Part shown: positions 36,185 through 46,383 of the stretch, one piece after another
Layout of the letters: every line of letters starts with the position of its first letter
How positions within the stretch are numbered: position 1 is the first letter of the stretch
Source of the DNA: Burkholderiales bacterium
GTDB taxonomy: Bacteria > Pseudomonadota > Gammaproteobacteria > Burkholderiales > SG8-39
DNA length: 54,732 nt
Reading direction: 5' to 3'
NCBI GenBank assembly: GCA_052172655.1
Contig: JBQMQE010000004.1
Coordinates: forward strand, 1-54,732
Notes under the pieces: generated by a model
What the model was told of the DNA's origin: nothing
Database searches by the model: none
What the model saw: the letters and a program-made list of their open reading frames with translations, nothing else
Made by a program: the position numbers and the translations under genes

Positions 36185-36932
36185 GGTACACGAGCTGAGC
36201 GTCGCCTACGGACACGCGGTGGTGTTGGAGAATATCGACCTGTCCGTGGAAGCAGCGTCAGTCGTGTGCATTCTCGGAGCCAACGGCGCCGGCAAGACAT
36301 CGTTCCTCAAATGCCTGGTGGGGCTGGTTCCGGCGAGGTCGGGCCGGATCATCTGGGAAGGCGAAGACATTACGAACCTCAAGGCGTACGACGCGGCCGC
36401 GCGCGGGGTGGCGATGTCGCCCGAGGGTCGCCGGCTGTTTCCGGAACTTTCGGTGTACGAGAACCTTTGCGTCGGCGGCTACCTGCGCCGGCGCGACGCA
36501 AGTTTCCGCGGCGACATCGATAAGGTGTTGACCTATTTCCCCCACCTCAGGCAACGTCTGCAGCAGCCCGCGGGGAGCCTCTCCGGCGGTGAGCAGCAGA
36601 TGGTCGCTATCGGCCGGGCGCTCATGACCCGGGCGCGTCTGCTGCTGCTGGACGAGCCTTCACTCGGTTTGGCGCCACTGATCGTGTCGCACCTGGCGAG
36701 CATTATCGCGGCGATCAATCGCGAAGGGATGACGATCGTTCTGGTCGAACAGAACGCCCGCCTAGCGCTGCGCCTGTCACGCTATGGCTACGTATTCGAA
36801 ACCGGCCGGCTGGCACTGCAGGGACCCAGTTCAGAACTGTTGAACAACCCGTATGTCACGGATATTTATCTCGGCGGCGGCGCCTCGCGCCGGCAGAATG
36901 GCGCCCAAGGTGCGTTGGAAAAGGGGGCGTGA
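36171..36932 (+). CDS. livF: ABC ATP-binding protein
   Basis: GANGAGKT, PEGRRLF, LSGGEQQM, LDEPSLGLAP, VEQN; TTG start. Confidence 0.93.
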   Translation: MSGLEVHELSVAYGHAVVLENIDLSVEAASVVCILGANGAGKTSFLKCLVGLVPARSGRIIWEGEDITNLKAYDAAARGVAMSPEGRRLFPELSVYENLCVGGYLRRRDASFRGDIDKVLTYFPHLRQRLQQPAGSLSGGEQQMVAIGRALMTRARLLLLDEPSLGLAPLIVSHLASIIAAINREGMTIVLVEQNARLALRLSRYGYVFETGRLALQGPSSELLNNPYVTDIYLGGGASRRQNGAQGALEKGA

Positions 36933-36972
36933 CCGGATTTGCGGGCCGACGCGCGGCGCGAAGGAGACAACG

Positions 36973-38040
36973 ATGACGGTGCCAATCGGAGAATGGGGTC
37001 GGCGACTGAGCGATGTCCTGCGCACTGCGCTCGAGTCCCGCGACTTTGCGCGCGCGCGGCAACTGGCGCACGAGGGGGATGGCCAGGCGCGCAGTCTCGC
37101 CAAGGAATACACCTTCATGTACCGGGGTTTGGGCATCACGATTCGCATGTTGTTGCCGTTGCTGCAGGAGACGGCCGTGCGCGCGGATGGCGCGCGCGGT
37201 AGTACCGATTCGGCTGTCTCGGCTGCGTCGCTGATTTACCGGTTTCGCAACAACGTGACCGCGGCCATGCGGCAGGTTTGGAGCGAGCCGGTCTGCGCGA
37301 ACGAAACGCAAGGCTCGCTGCAGGAGGAGATCGGGCGCACGGCGCGCGTGCTCGATGCTGGCGAGGCGCGCTTCGAGCAGGAACAGGCGCGGCTTGCGGA
37401 AGAAATCGTCCGCGCCATCGACGCGCTGGACGCTGCGCGCGCCCTGGCGCTGTTGCGCCGCAAGGAGCAGGAGCAATACCTGCCGCTTCACGACAGACTG
37501 GTTCGGTTCATGGCGGAATGTTTCGGCTGGGTGCTGCGATGTTTCGGAGCCGAGGAATTGCTTCGCTTCCATCTCGCTACGGCCGAGGGCCAGCGTGCGG
37601 GTTTCGAGAAATGGGAAAAAATGCCAACGGCGGAGTTCGCCTGGACCAGCGCATTTCTGCTCAAGCAGCATATGGGGGAGGTCACCGTGCACGAGGACGA
37701 GTTGAAGTTCACCATCGACCAAAAGCCGTGTGGCAGCGGCGGGAACCTGCGTCTTTCCCATGCATACGACGGGCTTGATGCCTTGCCCTTCGTCGAAGCT
37801 CCCGGGCCGCTCACCTTCGGTCAGCCGCGTCTGCCTGTCTACTGCAGCCACTGCGCGATCTGGAACGGCGTGGCCACACTGCGCTGGTTTGGGCGTGCGC
37901 ATTGGGTATTTGAGAATGCGGCGCGAGCCGACGGCGGTTGCAGGTTGCATATCTACAAGAAGCGCGAGGATGCACCGGCCGAATACACCAGGCTGCTGGA
38001 GCCAGCAGGTCTAGGTGCGGCGCTCATTGCGACGAGGTGA
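36973..38040 (+). CDS. Hypothetical protein with C-terminal Cys/His motifs (PCGSGG, YCSHC, CRLHIYK)
   Basis: AAGGAG RBS before ATG 36973; tightly packed between livF and the VOC gene. Confidence 0.8.
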   Translation: MTVPIGEWGRRLSDVLRTALESRDFARARQLAHEGDGQARSLAKEYTFMYRGLGITIRMLLPLLQETAVRADGARGSTDSAVSAASLIYRFRNNVTAAMRQVWSEPVCANETQGSLQEEIGRTARVLDAGEARFEQEQARLAEEIVRAIDALDAARALALLRRKEQEQYLPLHDRLVRFMAECFGWVLRCFGAEELLRFHLATAEGQRAGFEKWEKMPTAEFAWTSAFLLKQHMGEVTVHEDELKFTIDQKPCGSGGNLRLSHAYDGLDALPFVEAPGPLTFGQPRLPVYCSHCAIWNGVATLRWFGRAHWVFENAARADGGCRLHIYKKREDAPAEYTRLLEPAGLGAALIATR

Positions 38041-38043
38041 ATC

Positions 38044-38604
38044 ATGCCGGCGAATTTCGAGTTGCAGCAATCTGGTCGCGGCATGCCCGGCCTGCGCGGC
38101 ACTGATCACATAGGCATCACGGTGCCGGACCTGGAACAGGCGACCGACTTCTTCGTAAACGTCATCGGCTGCGAGCAGGTGTACGACATGGGACCCTTCA
38201 GTGCCGCGGACGACTGGATGTCCACGCACTTGAATGTGCACCCGAGGGCGGTCATGAGGAAGCTGCGCTTTTTCCGATGCTTTAACGGAAGCAATTACGA
38301 AGTGTTCGAGTACGAATCGCCCGACCAGGCAGCTGCGACACCGCGGAACAGCGATATTGGCGGGCACCACCTGGCGCTGTACGTAGATGATGTGCCGGCG
38401 GCAGTCGAGCATCTAAAGGCGCATGGGATTCGCGTGCTCGGTGAACCGACGCTGCGAATGTCAGGGCCGAGCGCCGGTCAAACCTGGGTCTACTTCATCT
38501 CCCCCTGGGGATTGCAGTTCGAGCTCGTCAGTTTTCCGCAAGGCAAGGGGTACGAACGCGATACACAGAGGCGATTGTGGGACGTGCGGAAGTCTCCCCG
38601 CTAA
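38044..38604 (+). CDS. VOC (glyoxalase/ring-cleavage dioxygenase fold) family protein
   Basis: DHIGITVPD, YEVFEY, HHLALYVDD, YFISPWGLQFELV (His/Glu/His/Glu metal ligands). Confidence 0.9.
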   Translation: MPANFELQQSGRGMPGLRGTDHIGITVPDLEQATDFFVNVIGCEQVYDMGPFSAADDWMSTHLNVHPRAVMRKLRFFRCFNGSNYEVFEYESPDQAAATPRNSDIGGHHLALYVDDVPAAVEHLKAHGIRVLGEPTLRMSGPSAGQTWVYFISPWGLQFELVSFPQGKGYERDTQRRLWDVRKSPR

Positions 38605-38761
38605 TGCATTTGTCTGGAAATCGACGGCGTCACAATCGAGAGGCCGAACAGGCCGCCTGAAGCGCTGTGCGGACAACAAGCTGGATTGACGACTGAATTT
38701 TTCGCAGTCGGCAGGAACGACGACCGGGCAAGGCGTATCGCAGCCCGCAAAGGAGATTGCA

Positions 38762-40507
38762 ATGATATCTGAGCTCAGTCAGATCCCCGAGGGCGCTGAG
38801 TACGACGTTGCCGTCATCGGAGCGGGCGGAGCGGGCATGTGTGCAGCGCTTTGCGCAGCCATCGACGGCGCGAGCGTGCTGCTGGTCGAGCGTACCGAAT
38901 ATGTGGGCGGTACGACCGCGTATTCGGCGGGCAGTTGCTGGATTCCGAACACCTCGCATGGCGCCGCGGTTGCGCCGAACGATAGCTTCGAGAAGGCACG
39001 TGATTTCCTGCGGCGGGCCGTGGGCGAACGGACCGACGACGCTGTTCGGGTGTCCTTTCTCGAGAACGGTCCCAAGGCCGTCGAATATCTCGAACAGCAT
39101 TCGATGGTGAAGTTCCGGGCACGCCCGTACCACCCGGATTACATGTCCGAACATGAAGGCGCCGCGCTCGGCGGCAGAGCGGTCGAGCCATTGCCGTTCG
39201 ATGGCCGGCAGCTAGGGCCGAACCTGGCGCTGGTCCGTCCTCCGATACCCGAGCACACCGTGCTCGGAGGCATGATGGTCGATCGCGACGATGTGGTCAA
39301 TCTGTTGAACCTGACGCAATCCTTCAAGTCGTTCAAGCATGCGGCCAAGATCGTTATGCGCCACGCGATGGACCGGCTGCGCTACCCGCGCGGCACGCGC
39401 CTGCTGATGGGTAACGCGCTCATTGCGCGAATGTTGTACTCGCTGCTGCAGCGTGGCGTGCCGATCCTGGTGAATACCAAGCTTGAATCGCTGGTACAGG
39501 AGGGCGGGAAGATTCAGGGTGTCATACTGTCGCGAAGAGGCGTGAGCCGCACCCTGCGCGTCGGCGGTGGCGTTATTCTCGCCAGCGGCGGCTACAGCCG
39601 TCACCCGACGCGGCGCAAGGAGATGCTCCCCGGCATCGACATCGAATGGTGCTCCGTGGCGCCCGGCAATACTGGCGAAGCGCAGGATCTCGCCATCGCC
39701 GCCGGCGCGCGCTTTGGCACGGGCGCATTCAGCAACGCCGTCTGGGCGCCCGTTTCATTGCGCAAGCGTGCCGACGGCAGCACCGCGGTTTTCCCGCACC
39801 TCTTCTTCGACCGCGGCAAGCCCGGGATGATCACCGTAAACCAGCAGGGACGGCGCTTCCTGAGCGAAGCGACCTCCTATCACATGTTCGGTGTAGAGAT
39901 GCAGGAGGCGAACAAGAGCGCTCCCGCCATTCCCGCGTTCCTGATTACCGATGCCCCCGGCCTGAAGCGATACGGTCTCGGTCTTGTGCACCCTGGCGGC
40001 AAGGGCTTGGCGCCGTTTGTTGCCGATGGCTATCTGATGCGAGCCGATTCGCTCGCGGCGCTGGCACGGCAGCTTGGCATCGATGCGGCAGTGCTGGAGG
40101 CGACGATCTCCCGATTCAACCAGAGCGCGGCAACCGGGGTGGACGAAGAGTTTGGGCGGGGGTCAACCCCCTATCAGCGCCTCCAGGGAGACGCCACGCT
40201 CGGCGGGCCGAACCCGTGCCTGGGACCGATCGCGACGGCGCCGTTCTATGCGGTACGCCTTTATCCCAGCGACACCGGTGCGGCCACGGGCCTGCTGACC
40301 GATGCGCACGCGCGCGTGATAGACGCCAATGGCATCGCCATTGGCGGTCTCTACGCCTGCGGCAACGACATGCACTCGATCACCGCCGGCACCTATCCCG
40401 GTCCGGGCATCACGCTGGGGCCGGCGATCACCTTCGGCTATGTCGCGGCGCGGCACGCGGTGCAGCGTTGCAAGGCGCAGCCGCACGGCGCACCCGATTG
40501 CGTGTAA
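38762..40507 (+). CDS. FAD-dependent oxidoreductase, 3-ketosteroid-delta1-dehydrogenase-like
   Basis: GAGGAG, GGTTAYSAG, HPDY, EATSY, GLYACGND, YPGPGITLG. Confidence 0.88.
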   Translation: MISELSQIPEGAEYDVAVIGAGGAGMCAALCAAIDGASVLLVERTEYVGGTTAYSAGSCWIPNTSHGAAVAPNDSFEKARDFLRRAVGERTDDAVRVSFLENGPKAVEYLEQHSMVKFRARPYHPDYMSEHEGAALGGRAVEPLPFDGRQLGPNLALVRPPIPEHTVLGGMMVDRDDVVNLLNLTQSFKSFKHAAKIVMRHAMDRLRYPRGTRLLMGNALIARMLYSLLQRGVPILVNTKLESLVQEGGKIQGVILSRRGVSRTLRVGGGVILASGGYSRHPTRRKEMLPGIDIEWCSVAPGNTGEAQDLAIAAGARFGTGAFSNAVWAPVSLRKRADGSTAVFPHLFFDRGKPGMITVNQQGRRFLSEATSYHMFGVEMQEANKSAPAIPAFLITDAPGLKRYGLGLVHPGGKGLAPFVADGYLMRADSLAALARQLGIDAAVLEATISRFNQSAATGVDEEFGRGSTPYQRLQGDATLGGPNPCLGPIATAPFYAVRLYPSDTGAATGLLTDAHARVIDANGIAIGGLYACGNDMHSITAGTYPGPGITLGPAITFGYVAARHAVQRCKAQPHGAPDCV

Positions 40508-40717
40508 ACGACCATACGGTTTGCGCAAATGCGCAATGCTGAAATTCGTAGAGCGAGCTCGGACATGAGCGGCATGCTGCAGCAGAATCCTGATATTTTT
40601 GACGTTGTCGCAACCCGGGAGAAAACCCATGGTTATCGAGTTAGATAAGTCGATTGGTGACACACACCGCAGCCTGCCACGCCCGGGTCTCATATCGGCA
40701 AGATCTGGAGCGCAGCG

Positions 40718-41539
40718 ATGAGCGCGGGCGATGTTTCCAACGATTGGCTTGAGCTCGCAGGACGCGTCTGCGTCGTTACCGGTGCAGGCAGCGGCATCGG
40801 CGCCGCCATCGCCGAAGGCCTGGCCGAAGCTGGCGCGCGGGTGGCGCTGCTGGATCGCAATGCCGCTGCATGCCGCCGCGTTGCGCAGCCGCTGTCCGAG
40901 CGCGGCGCACGGGTACTGGCTATAGAATGCGATACCAGCGACGAAGCGGCGGTTCGCGCCTCGGCCCGGCAAGTGAACGACGAGTTGGGTCCTTGCTACG
41001 GCCTCGCCAACAACGCAGGCTTCCTGCGCCCGGCCAGCCTGGCCGAGGTCCCGCTCGCGGATTGGAATGCCATGTTGGCGGTTAACCTGACGGGCTACCT
41101 TCTGTGCGCGCGCGAGTTCGCGCAGCAGATGCGCTCGATCGGCGGCGGCAGCATCGTGCACACAGCATCGATCGCCGGGCATCAGCCGCAGGGGCGCAGC
41201 GGTGCATACAGCCCGAGCAAAGCGGGCGTGCTGTTGCTGTCGCGCCAGATGGCCGCAGAATGGGGCCCGTCAGGCATACGCAGCAACGCGCTGTGCCCGG
41301 GATTGATACGTACGGGCATGTCGGCCGCCTTCTACGAGCAGCCCGGCCTCGAGGAACGGCGAGCGGCGATGCTGCCGAGTCGACGCATTGGCGAGCCGAT
41401 CGATATCGCCAACGCTGCGATCTTTCTGCTCAGCCAGCGTTCGGCCTATGTGAACGGCGCTGAATTGCTGATCGACGGCGGTCTCGGCTGCGTGCTGATG
41501 GACATGGTGCCGCGACCGGGGTTCAACGATGCGCGCTAG
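40718..41539 (+). CDS. SDR oxidoreductase
   Basis: TGAGSGIG, NNAG, YSPSK, IDGG. Confidence 0.9.
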   Translation: MSAGDVSNDWLELAGRVCVVTGAGSGIGAAIAEGLAEAGARVALLDRNAAACRRVAQPLSERGARVLAIECDTSDEAAVRASARQVNDELGPCYGLANNAGFLRPASLAEVPLADWNAMLAVNLTGYLLCAREFAQQMRSIGGGSIVHTASIAGHQPQGRSGAYSPSKAGVLLLSRQMAAEWGPSGIRSNALCPGLIRTGMSAAFYEQPGLEERRAAMLPSRRIGEPIDIANAAIFLLSQRSAYVNGAELLIDGGLGCVLMDMVPRPGFNDAR

Positions 41540-41565
41540 CCGGCAGCGCTTGCGCCTGGCCGATC

Positions 41566-43272
41566 ATGACGCCCTTCGCAAATAGGCACCTATGCGATGT
41601 GCTGGTCGTCGGCTCCGGTGCTGCCGGATTCGCCGCCGCGATCACAGCGCGCAAGGCGGGCTTGGAAGTGCTGCTCGTCGAAAAATCCGGCTGCTTCGGC
41701 GGCACCTCGGCCATTTCCGGCGGTTACATCTGGGTTCCCGGCAACTCGCTCGCGCGGGTGGCCGGCATGGAAGACTCGCCGGACAAGGCGAGGGAATATC
41801 TGCGCACCGAACTCGGCGAACGCTACGACAATGGCTTAATCGACACTTACCTCGAGTACGGGCCGAAGATGGTCGATTTCTTCGTAAACGACATTGGAAT
41901 TCCATTCTCGGTATCGACGCAAATGCCGGATTACCACCCTGACGCGGCCGGCGCGACGATAGGGCGCTCGCTGCATGTAAAGCCAGTCAGCGGGCGTGTT
42001 CTCGGCAAAGAGTTTCGCCGCCTGCGTCCCCTGCCGCGCGAACTCTCGCTGTTTGGCATGGGCGTGAGTTCTGGCTCCGACCTGAGTCATCTGTACAAGT
42101 TCGGGCGCTCGGCGGTGTCCACCTTGCGCGTTGGCTTGGTGCTCGCGACGTACGCGGTGGATCTGCTGCGTTTCGGCCGCGGGCAGCATCTTGCGAACGG
42201 CAACGCGCTGATCGCCCGGCTCGCCAAAGCCTTGTTGCTTGATTTGCGCGCACCTGTATGGACTTATGCGCCGGCCACCAAACTGCTGTATGAAGGCGGC
42301 AGGATCGCCGGCGCCATGGTCACGAAGAATGGGCAACCGATCGAAGTAAAGGCAAGCCGCGGGGTCGTGCTCGCGAGCGGAGGTTTCGCGCACGACGTGG
42401 ACCGCAGGACCAAGCTGTATCCGCATCCGGCAGGGCTGGAAGAACATGTCTCGCTCGCCGCGCCCGGCAACACCGGCGATGGCGCACGCATGGCGGAAGC
42501 TGTGGGCGGCTATGTGGATGCGAAGGTTGCGACTCCCGCAGCCTGGATGCCGCTGTCGCGGGTCCCGCGTCCTGACGGCAGTTGGAGCCCGATCCTGCAT
42601 TCAGTCAACCTTGGCAAGCCGGGCGTGATCGCCGTCCTGCGCAACGGTAAACGCTTTGTCAATGAAAGTCTGTCCTACCACGACTTCGTCGAAACCCTGA
42701 TCTCGCTGCCCAATGTCGAGAGTCCGGCCGGCGCCTTCGTGGTGTGCGATGACCGCGCATTCAGCAAGTACGGACTGGGATACGCCAAGCCTTTCCTCCC
42801 GCAACAGGCGCTAATTGACGCCGGCTATCTGATCAGGAGCAACACGATAGAGGCACTCGCCTGTGCAGCGGGCATCGATCCGGTTGTGTTCATGCAGACG
42901 CTGCGCGATTTCAATCGGCATGCGGCGCTCGGCGAAGATCCGCAGTTCGGCAAGGGCAGGAACGCCTACGGGCGCTTCCTCGGGGACATGAGCCACGCGC
43001 CCAATCCTTGTGTGGCGCCTATCGACAAGGCGCCGTACTACGCGGTTTGGATGTACCCGGGCGACATCGGCAGCTTTGCCGGCGTGAAGACGGACTCGAG
43101 CGCACGCGTGATGCGCAGCGACGGGACCTTGGTCCCCGGCCTGTTTGCGATAGGCAACGACATGGCTAGTATTTTCAGGGGCAGCTATCCTGGCGGCGGG
43201 ACCCCGCTGGGTCTGGGCATGACTTTCGGATACATAGCGGGCCGTACGTTGGCTGACGCAAATCATGTGTGA
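41566..43272 (+). CDS. Second FAD-dependent oxidoreductase, KstD-like
   Basis: GSGAAG, GGTSAISGG, PDYHP, NESLSY, GLFAIGND, YPGGGTPLG. Confidence 0.88.
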   Translation: MTPFANRHLCDVLVVGSGAAGFAAAITARKAGLEVLLVEKSGCFGGTSAISGGYIWVPGNSLARVAGMEDSPDKAREYLRTELGERYDNGLIDTYLEYGPKMVDFFVNDIGIPFSVSTQMPDYHPDAAGATIGRSLHVKPVSGRVLGKEFRRLRPLPRELSLFGMGVSSGSDLSHLYKFGRSAVSTLRVGLVLATYAVDLLRFGRGQHLANGNALIARLAKALLLDLRAPVWTYAPATKLLYEGGRIAGAMVTKNGQPIEVKASRGVVLASGGFAHDVDRRTKLYPHPAGLEEHVSLAAPGNTGDGARMAEAVGGYVDAKVATPAAWMPLSRVPRPDGSWSPILHSVNLGKPGVIAVLRNGKRFVNESLSYHDFVETLISLPNVESPAGAFVVCDDRAFSKYGLGYAKPFLPQQALIDAGYLIRSNTIEALACAAGIDPVVFMQTLRDFNRHAALGEDPQFGKGRNAYGRFLGDMSHAPNPCVAPIDKAPYYAVWMYPGDIGSFAGVKTDSSARVMRSDGTLVPGLFAIGNDMASIFRGSYPGGGTPLGLGMTFGYIAGRTLADANHV

Positions 43273-43500
43273 CGGCAGGGCAGGCCAGGGCTGGCTCGGT
43301 TTGTGGGGACATCGGGCAAGGCGCAGGGCGCATCTGCGCGCCAACCCGGCCCAAAGCGGTACCGCGGCCGGTCTCTTCAGGTTCGGCCGCGTTCAGGTGC
43401 TGGTAACGTTGCCCAAGACAACACTCCTGCCATCGATCGGCCAAAGTGTTGCACTTGGATCCTAAGGCTAAGTTCTTTCAAAGCGGAAGTGGAGGAAAAG

Positions 43501-45291
43501 ATGGGGCAAATCAAGGTAGCGCTGGCCATCGCCAGGGTGCTCGAAAAGATGGGAACCGAAGTCGTTTTCGGGGTGAACGGACACGGCAACTGGGCCTTGC
43601 TCGATGCGCTGGTGCAGGAAACCAGCATTCGCGGCGTGCCTGCACGGGCCGAGGACCAAGCGGTGCAGATGGCGGACGGCTACTGGCGCATGAAGCGAAC
43701 GGCACCCTTGGCGGTCGTTACCACTAGCGTCGGTCCGGGCAATATGAACATCGTGCCGGCCGTGGCTACCTCTTTTTATGAATCGGTTGCGCTCCTGGTC
43801 CTGGCGGGCGCCGGTGCAACCCATTGGTTCGATCGCGGGGGAATGGAGGAATCCTATCGCAATGGACCCGAGGACTGGGTAGCCGTCCTCAAGCCGATCA
43901 CGAAGAAGGCCTTTATCGTGACGCGCCCCGACAATGCGATCGACATGCTGCTGCGCGCCTATCAAACTGCCATTTCCGGCCGTCCCGGCCCGGTCGTGAT
44001 CCAGATTCCGTTCGATATTCAACACACGCTGATTTCCGATGTGCTGCCCGATCCGACGCCGTGGATGCACTGGCGACCAACTGCGCCGGAGCCCGACGGC
44101 GTAGATGCGGCGTGCAGGATTCTGGCAAGTGCCGAACGGCCGATGATCGTCGTCGGCAGCGGGATTCATAACGCTCGCGCCTGGGACGAACTGCTGCAGT
44201 TTGCTCAGGCTACCGGCATCCCCGTCGCCACCACCGCCACCGGTAAGGCGGCTTTTCCGGAGGACCACAGACTTTCGCTGGGCTGCGTCGGACGCGCGGG
44301 AACCGGGCACGGCAACCAGGCTGCGCGCCGCTGCGACGTCGTCCTCGGCATCGGTACCCATTTCACAGACATCGATACGGGCGGATGGTCGCTCTACGAT
44401 ATTCCAGGCCGAACCCGCCTGATCCATCTGGATATCGACCCAAGCGAACTAGGGCGGGCCTACCCTGCCGCCGTCGCGCTCACCTGCGACGCGCGGCTCG
44501 GACTCGTGGCTATGACCGAAGCCGCCGGCAAGGCGGGGGTGCGGGAACGCGCCGACTGGCTGAAGGAGATAGCCAAGGAGCGCGAGATCTGGGAAAAATC
44601 GGTCGCCGAACAACGGCACTCGACGCTCGCGCCTTTGCACTATGCGCGCATCTGCAACGACACGGCCGAGGTCGTGGCGCAGAAAGATCCGCAGATGCCG
44701 ATCTTTTTCGATACGGGCCACCTGCTCAGTTTTGCCCCGCCATTCCTTAAGGCGTCTTCGCGCTTCATCGCGCATGACGGATTTTTCCATCGCATGGGCT
44801 GGAGCGCGTCGGCCATCATCGGCGCGAGCATTGCGCAGGGCAACCGCCCGGTGCTGGCGCTTATTGGCGATGGATCGTTCATTATGGGGGGCACTGCGGT
44901 CGCGACCGCAGTCGAGCAGAATCTGCCTCTGGTCTGGGTCGTGCTGAACAATCGTTCGCTGCAGATCGAGCGCGAGCTGATGATGCGCGTCTACGGGCGG
45001 GAAACGTTCTGCGATTATCGCAAGACGACGACCAACGAGTTATGGAACCCGGATATGGGCAAGTGGGCGGAGGCCATGGGCGCGCTCGCGTTCCATGTGG
45101 GCAAGGCCGAGGACTACGCGCCGACCTTGCGCCGCGCGCTCGATGCCCACGCGCCAGCCGTGATCGACGTGGACGTTTCCATCGACGTCGACGGTTACCG
45201 TTCGGTCTGGTACCCGTACCCGAGCAATTTCTATGAGCCGTGGGCTCCGGGGACCGGATCAGCGACGCCGCCTTCGCCGTCAAAGCCCTGA
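43501..45291 (+). CDS. Thiamine diphosphate enzyme (acetolactate synthase fold, IolD-like GHGN motif)
   Basis: FGVNGHGN, RAEDQ...MADGY, TSVGPG, GRPGPV, GDGSF...LNN; GGAGG RBS before ATG 43501. Confidence 0.9.
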   Translation: MGQIKVALAIARVLEKMGTEVVFGVNGHGNWALLDALVQETSIRGVPARAEDQAVQMADGYWRMKRTAPLAVVTTSVGPGNMNIVPAVATSFYESVALLVLAGAGATHWFDRGGMEESYRNGPEDWVAVLKPITKKAFIVTRPDNAIDMLLRAYQTAISGRPGPVVIQIPFDIQHTLISDVLPDPTPWMHWRPTAPEPDGVDAACRILASAERPMIVVGSGIHNARAWDELLQFAQATGIPVATTATGKAAFPEDHRLSLGCVGRAGTGHGNQAARRCDVVLGIGTHFTDIDTGGWSLYDIPGRTRLIHLDIDPSELGRAYPAAVALTCDARLGLVAMTEAAGKAGVRERADWLKEIAKEREIWEKSVAEQRHSTLAPLHYARICNDTAEVVAQKDPQMPIFFDTGHLLSFAPPFLKASSRFIAHDGFFHRMGWSASAIIGASIAQGNRPVLALIGDGSFIMGGTAVATAVEQNLPLVWVVLNNRSLQIERELMMRVYGRETFCDYRKTTTNELWNPDMGKWAEAMGALAFHVGKAEDYAPTLRRALDAHAPAVIDVDVSIDVDGYRSVWYPYPSNFYEPWAPGTGSATPPSPSKP

Positions 45292-45378
45292 CTCGGAATT
45301 CTTCCGGCAACTGACGCTGCGCGAGGATGCGTTCGTGCGTCGCGCCTATCTTGGGCTGAGAATATAGTGCGCCTGCGC

Positions 45379-46383
45379 TCAGTTGGCTTTGATGCCAGTC
45401 ACGCGGTGCAGAGTGCCGGGCACGAACACCTCGTCGCTGATCTTGGCAAAGCCCGCCTGCTGGAAATATCCCGTGCAATTGGCGACGGTATGCGCTTTGC
45501 CGCCGCTATGACAGATGGCCTCGAACATGCCCCACATTGCCGAATCGAGCGGTCCGCTGCGATCATCGTGCAGCATCTCGCCAACGAGATGGAATTCGCC
45601 ACCGGGCAGCAGGGCAGCATGTACCTTATTGACCACGAGTTGAATCATCTCGTCGTTGTAGATCGGCAGATTGCTGGCCATTACCGCCGCATCCACATCG
45701 CTTGGGAACGGGGTTCTGGTGAAATCTCCGGGAAGGGTCGTCACGCGGTCGTCCACGCCGTTCAGCTTCAGGTACTCCTTGGTCACTTCGATCACTGGCG
45801 GCAGGTCCAGCACTACCGCCCGCAGATTCGGGTAAGCTTGCACCGCATTGATGCTGTAGGCGCCCGAGCCGCCGCCTAGATCCAGCAGCTTGTGGCGCCC
45901 GGATAGATCCACAAGACGGCTGAACCGCCTGCCGGCTCCCATGCCGATGCTGTAGGTAGCCGCGTGATACTTGCGTGCGGCCTCGACGCTCAGATGCTCA
46001 TACATGCCCAGGGTGGTGGGTGGTTCCCGGCTGCGCAGATGCTCTGTGAGGCGGAACCATTGCGGCACGTCGGGGCGCGTGAACATCAACCAATCCTCGG
46101 CGTACCCCGGCTCGCCCTTGACCAGAAACCGGGCCGCATCCGCCGCGTTGCGCAAGGCATTACCATCCCATTCGATCAGGCCCATGGCCAGCGCTGCCGT
46201 AACCAGACGCTCCACGTTTAGTGCCCGAATGCCTGTGGCCTCGCTCAGCTTCGCTTCGGTGTCGGCGCCACGGGCAATATGCGTGAACAGATCCAGATCG
46301 ATCGCCGCAAAGAACACAGCGGATTCGCAATAGGCGCGCGCGAACCGCTGCAGGCGGGTGGTGTCGACTTGTTGCTTGGTCAT
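45379..46383 (-). CDS. SAM-dependent methyltransferase with N-terminal dimerisation domain (ASMT/CrtF-like)
   Basis: AAIDLDLF, LLDLGGGSG, VLDLP, GDF, LLPGG. Confidence 0.9.
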   Translation of the reverse strand: MTKQQVDTTRLQRFARAYCESAVFFAAIDLDLFTHIARGADTEAKLSEATGIRALNVERLVTAALAMGLIEWDGNALRNAADAARFLVKGEPGYAEDWLMFTRPDVPQWFRLTEHLRSREPPTTLGMYEHLSVEAARKYHAATYSIGMGAGRRFSRLVDLSGRHKLLDLGGGSGAYSINAVQAYPNLRAVVLDLPPVIEVTKEYLKLNGVDDRVTTLPGDFTRTPFPSDVDAAVMASNLPIYNDEMIQLVVNKVHAALLPGGEFHLVGEMLHDDRSGPLDSAMWGMFEAICHSGGKAHTVANCTGYFQQAGFAKISDEVFVPGTLHRVTGIKAN

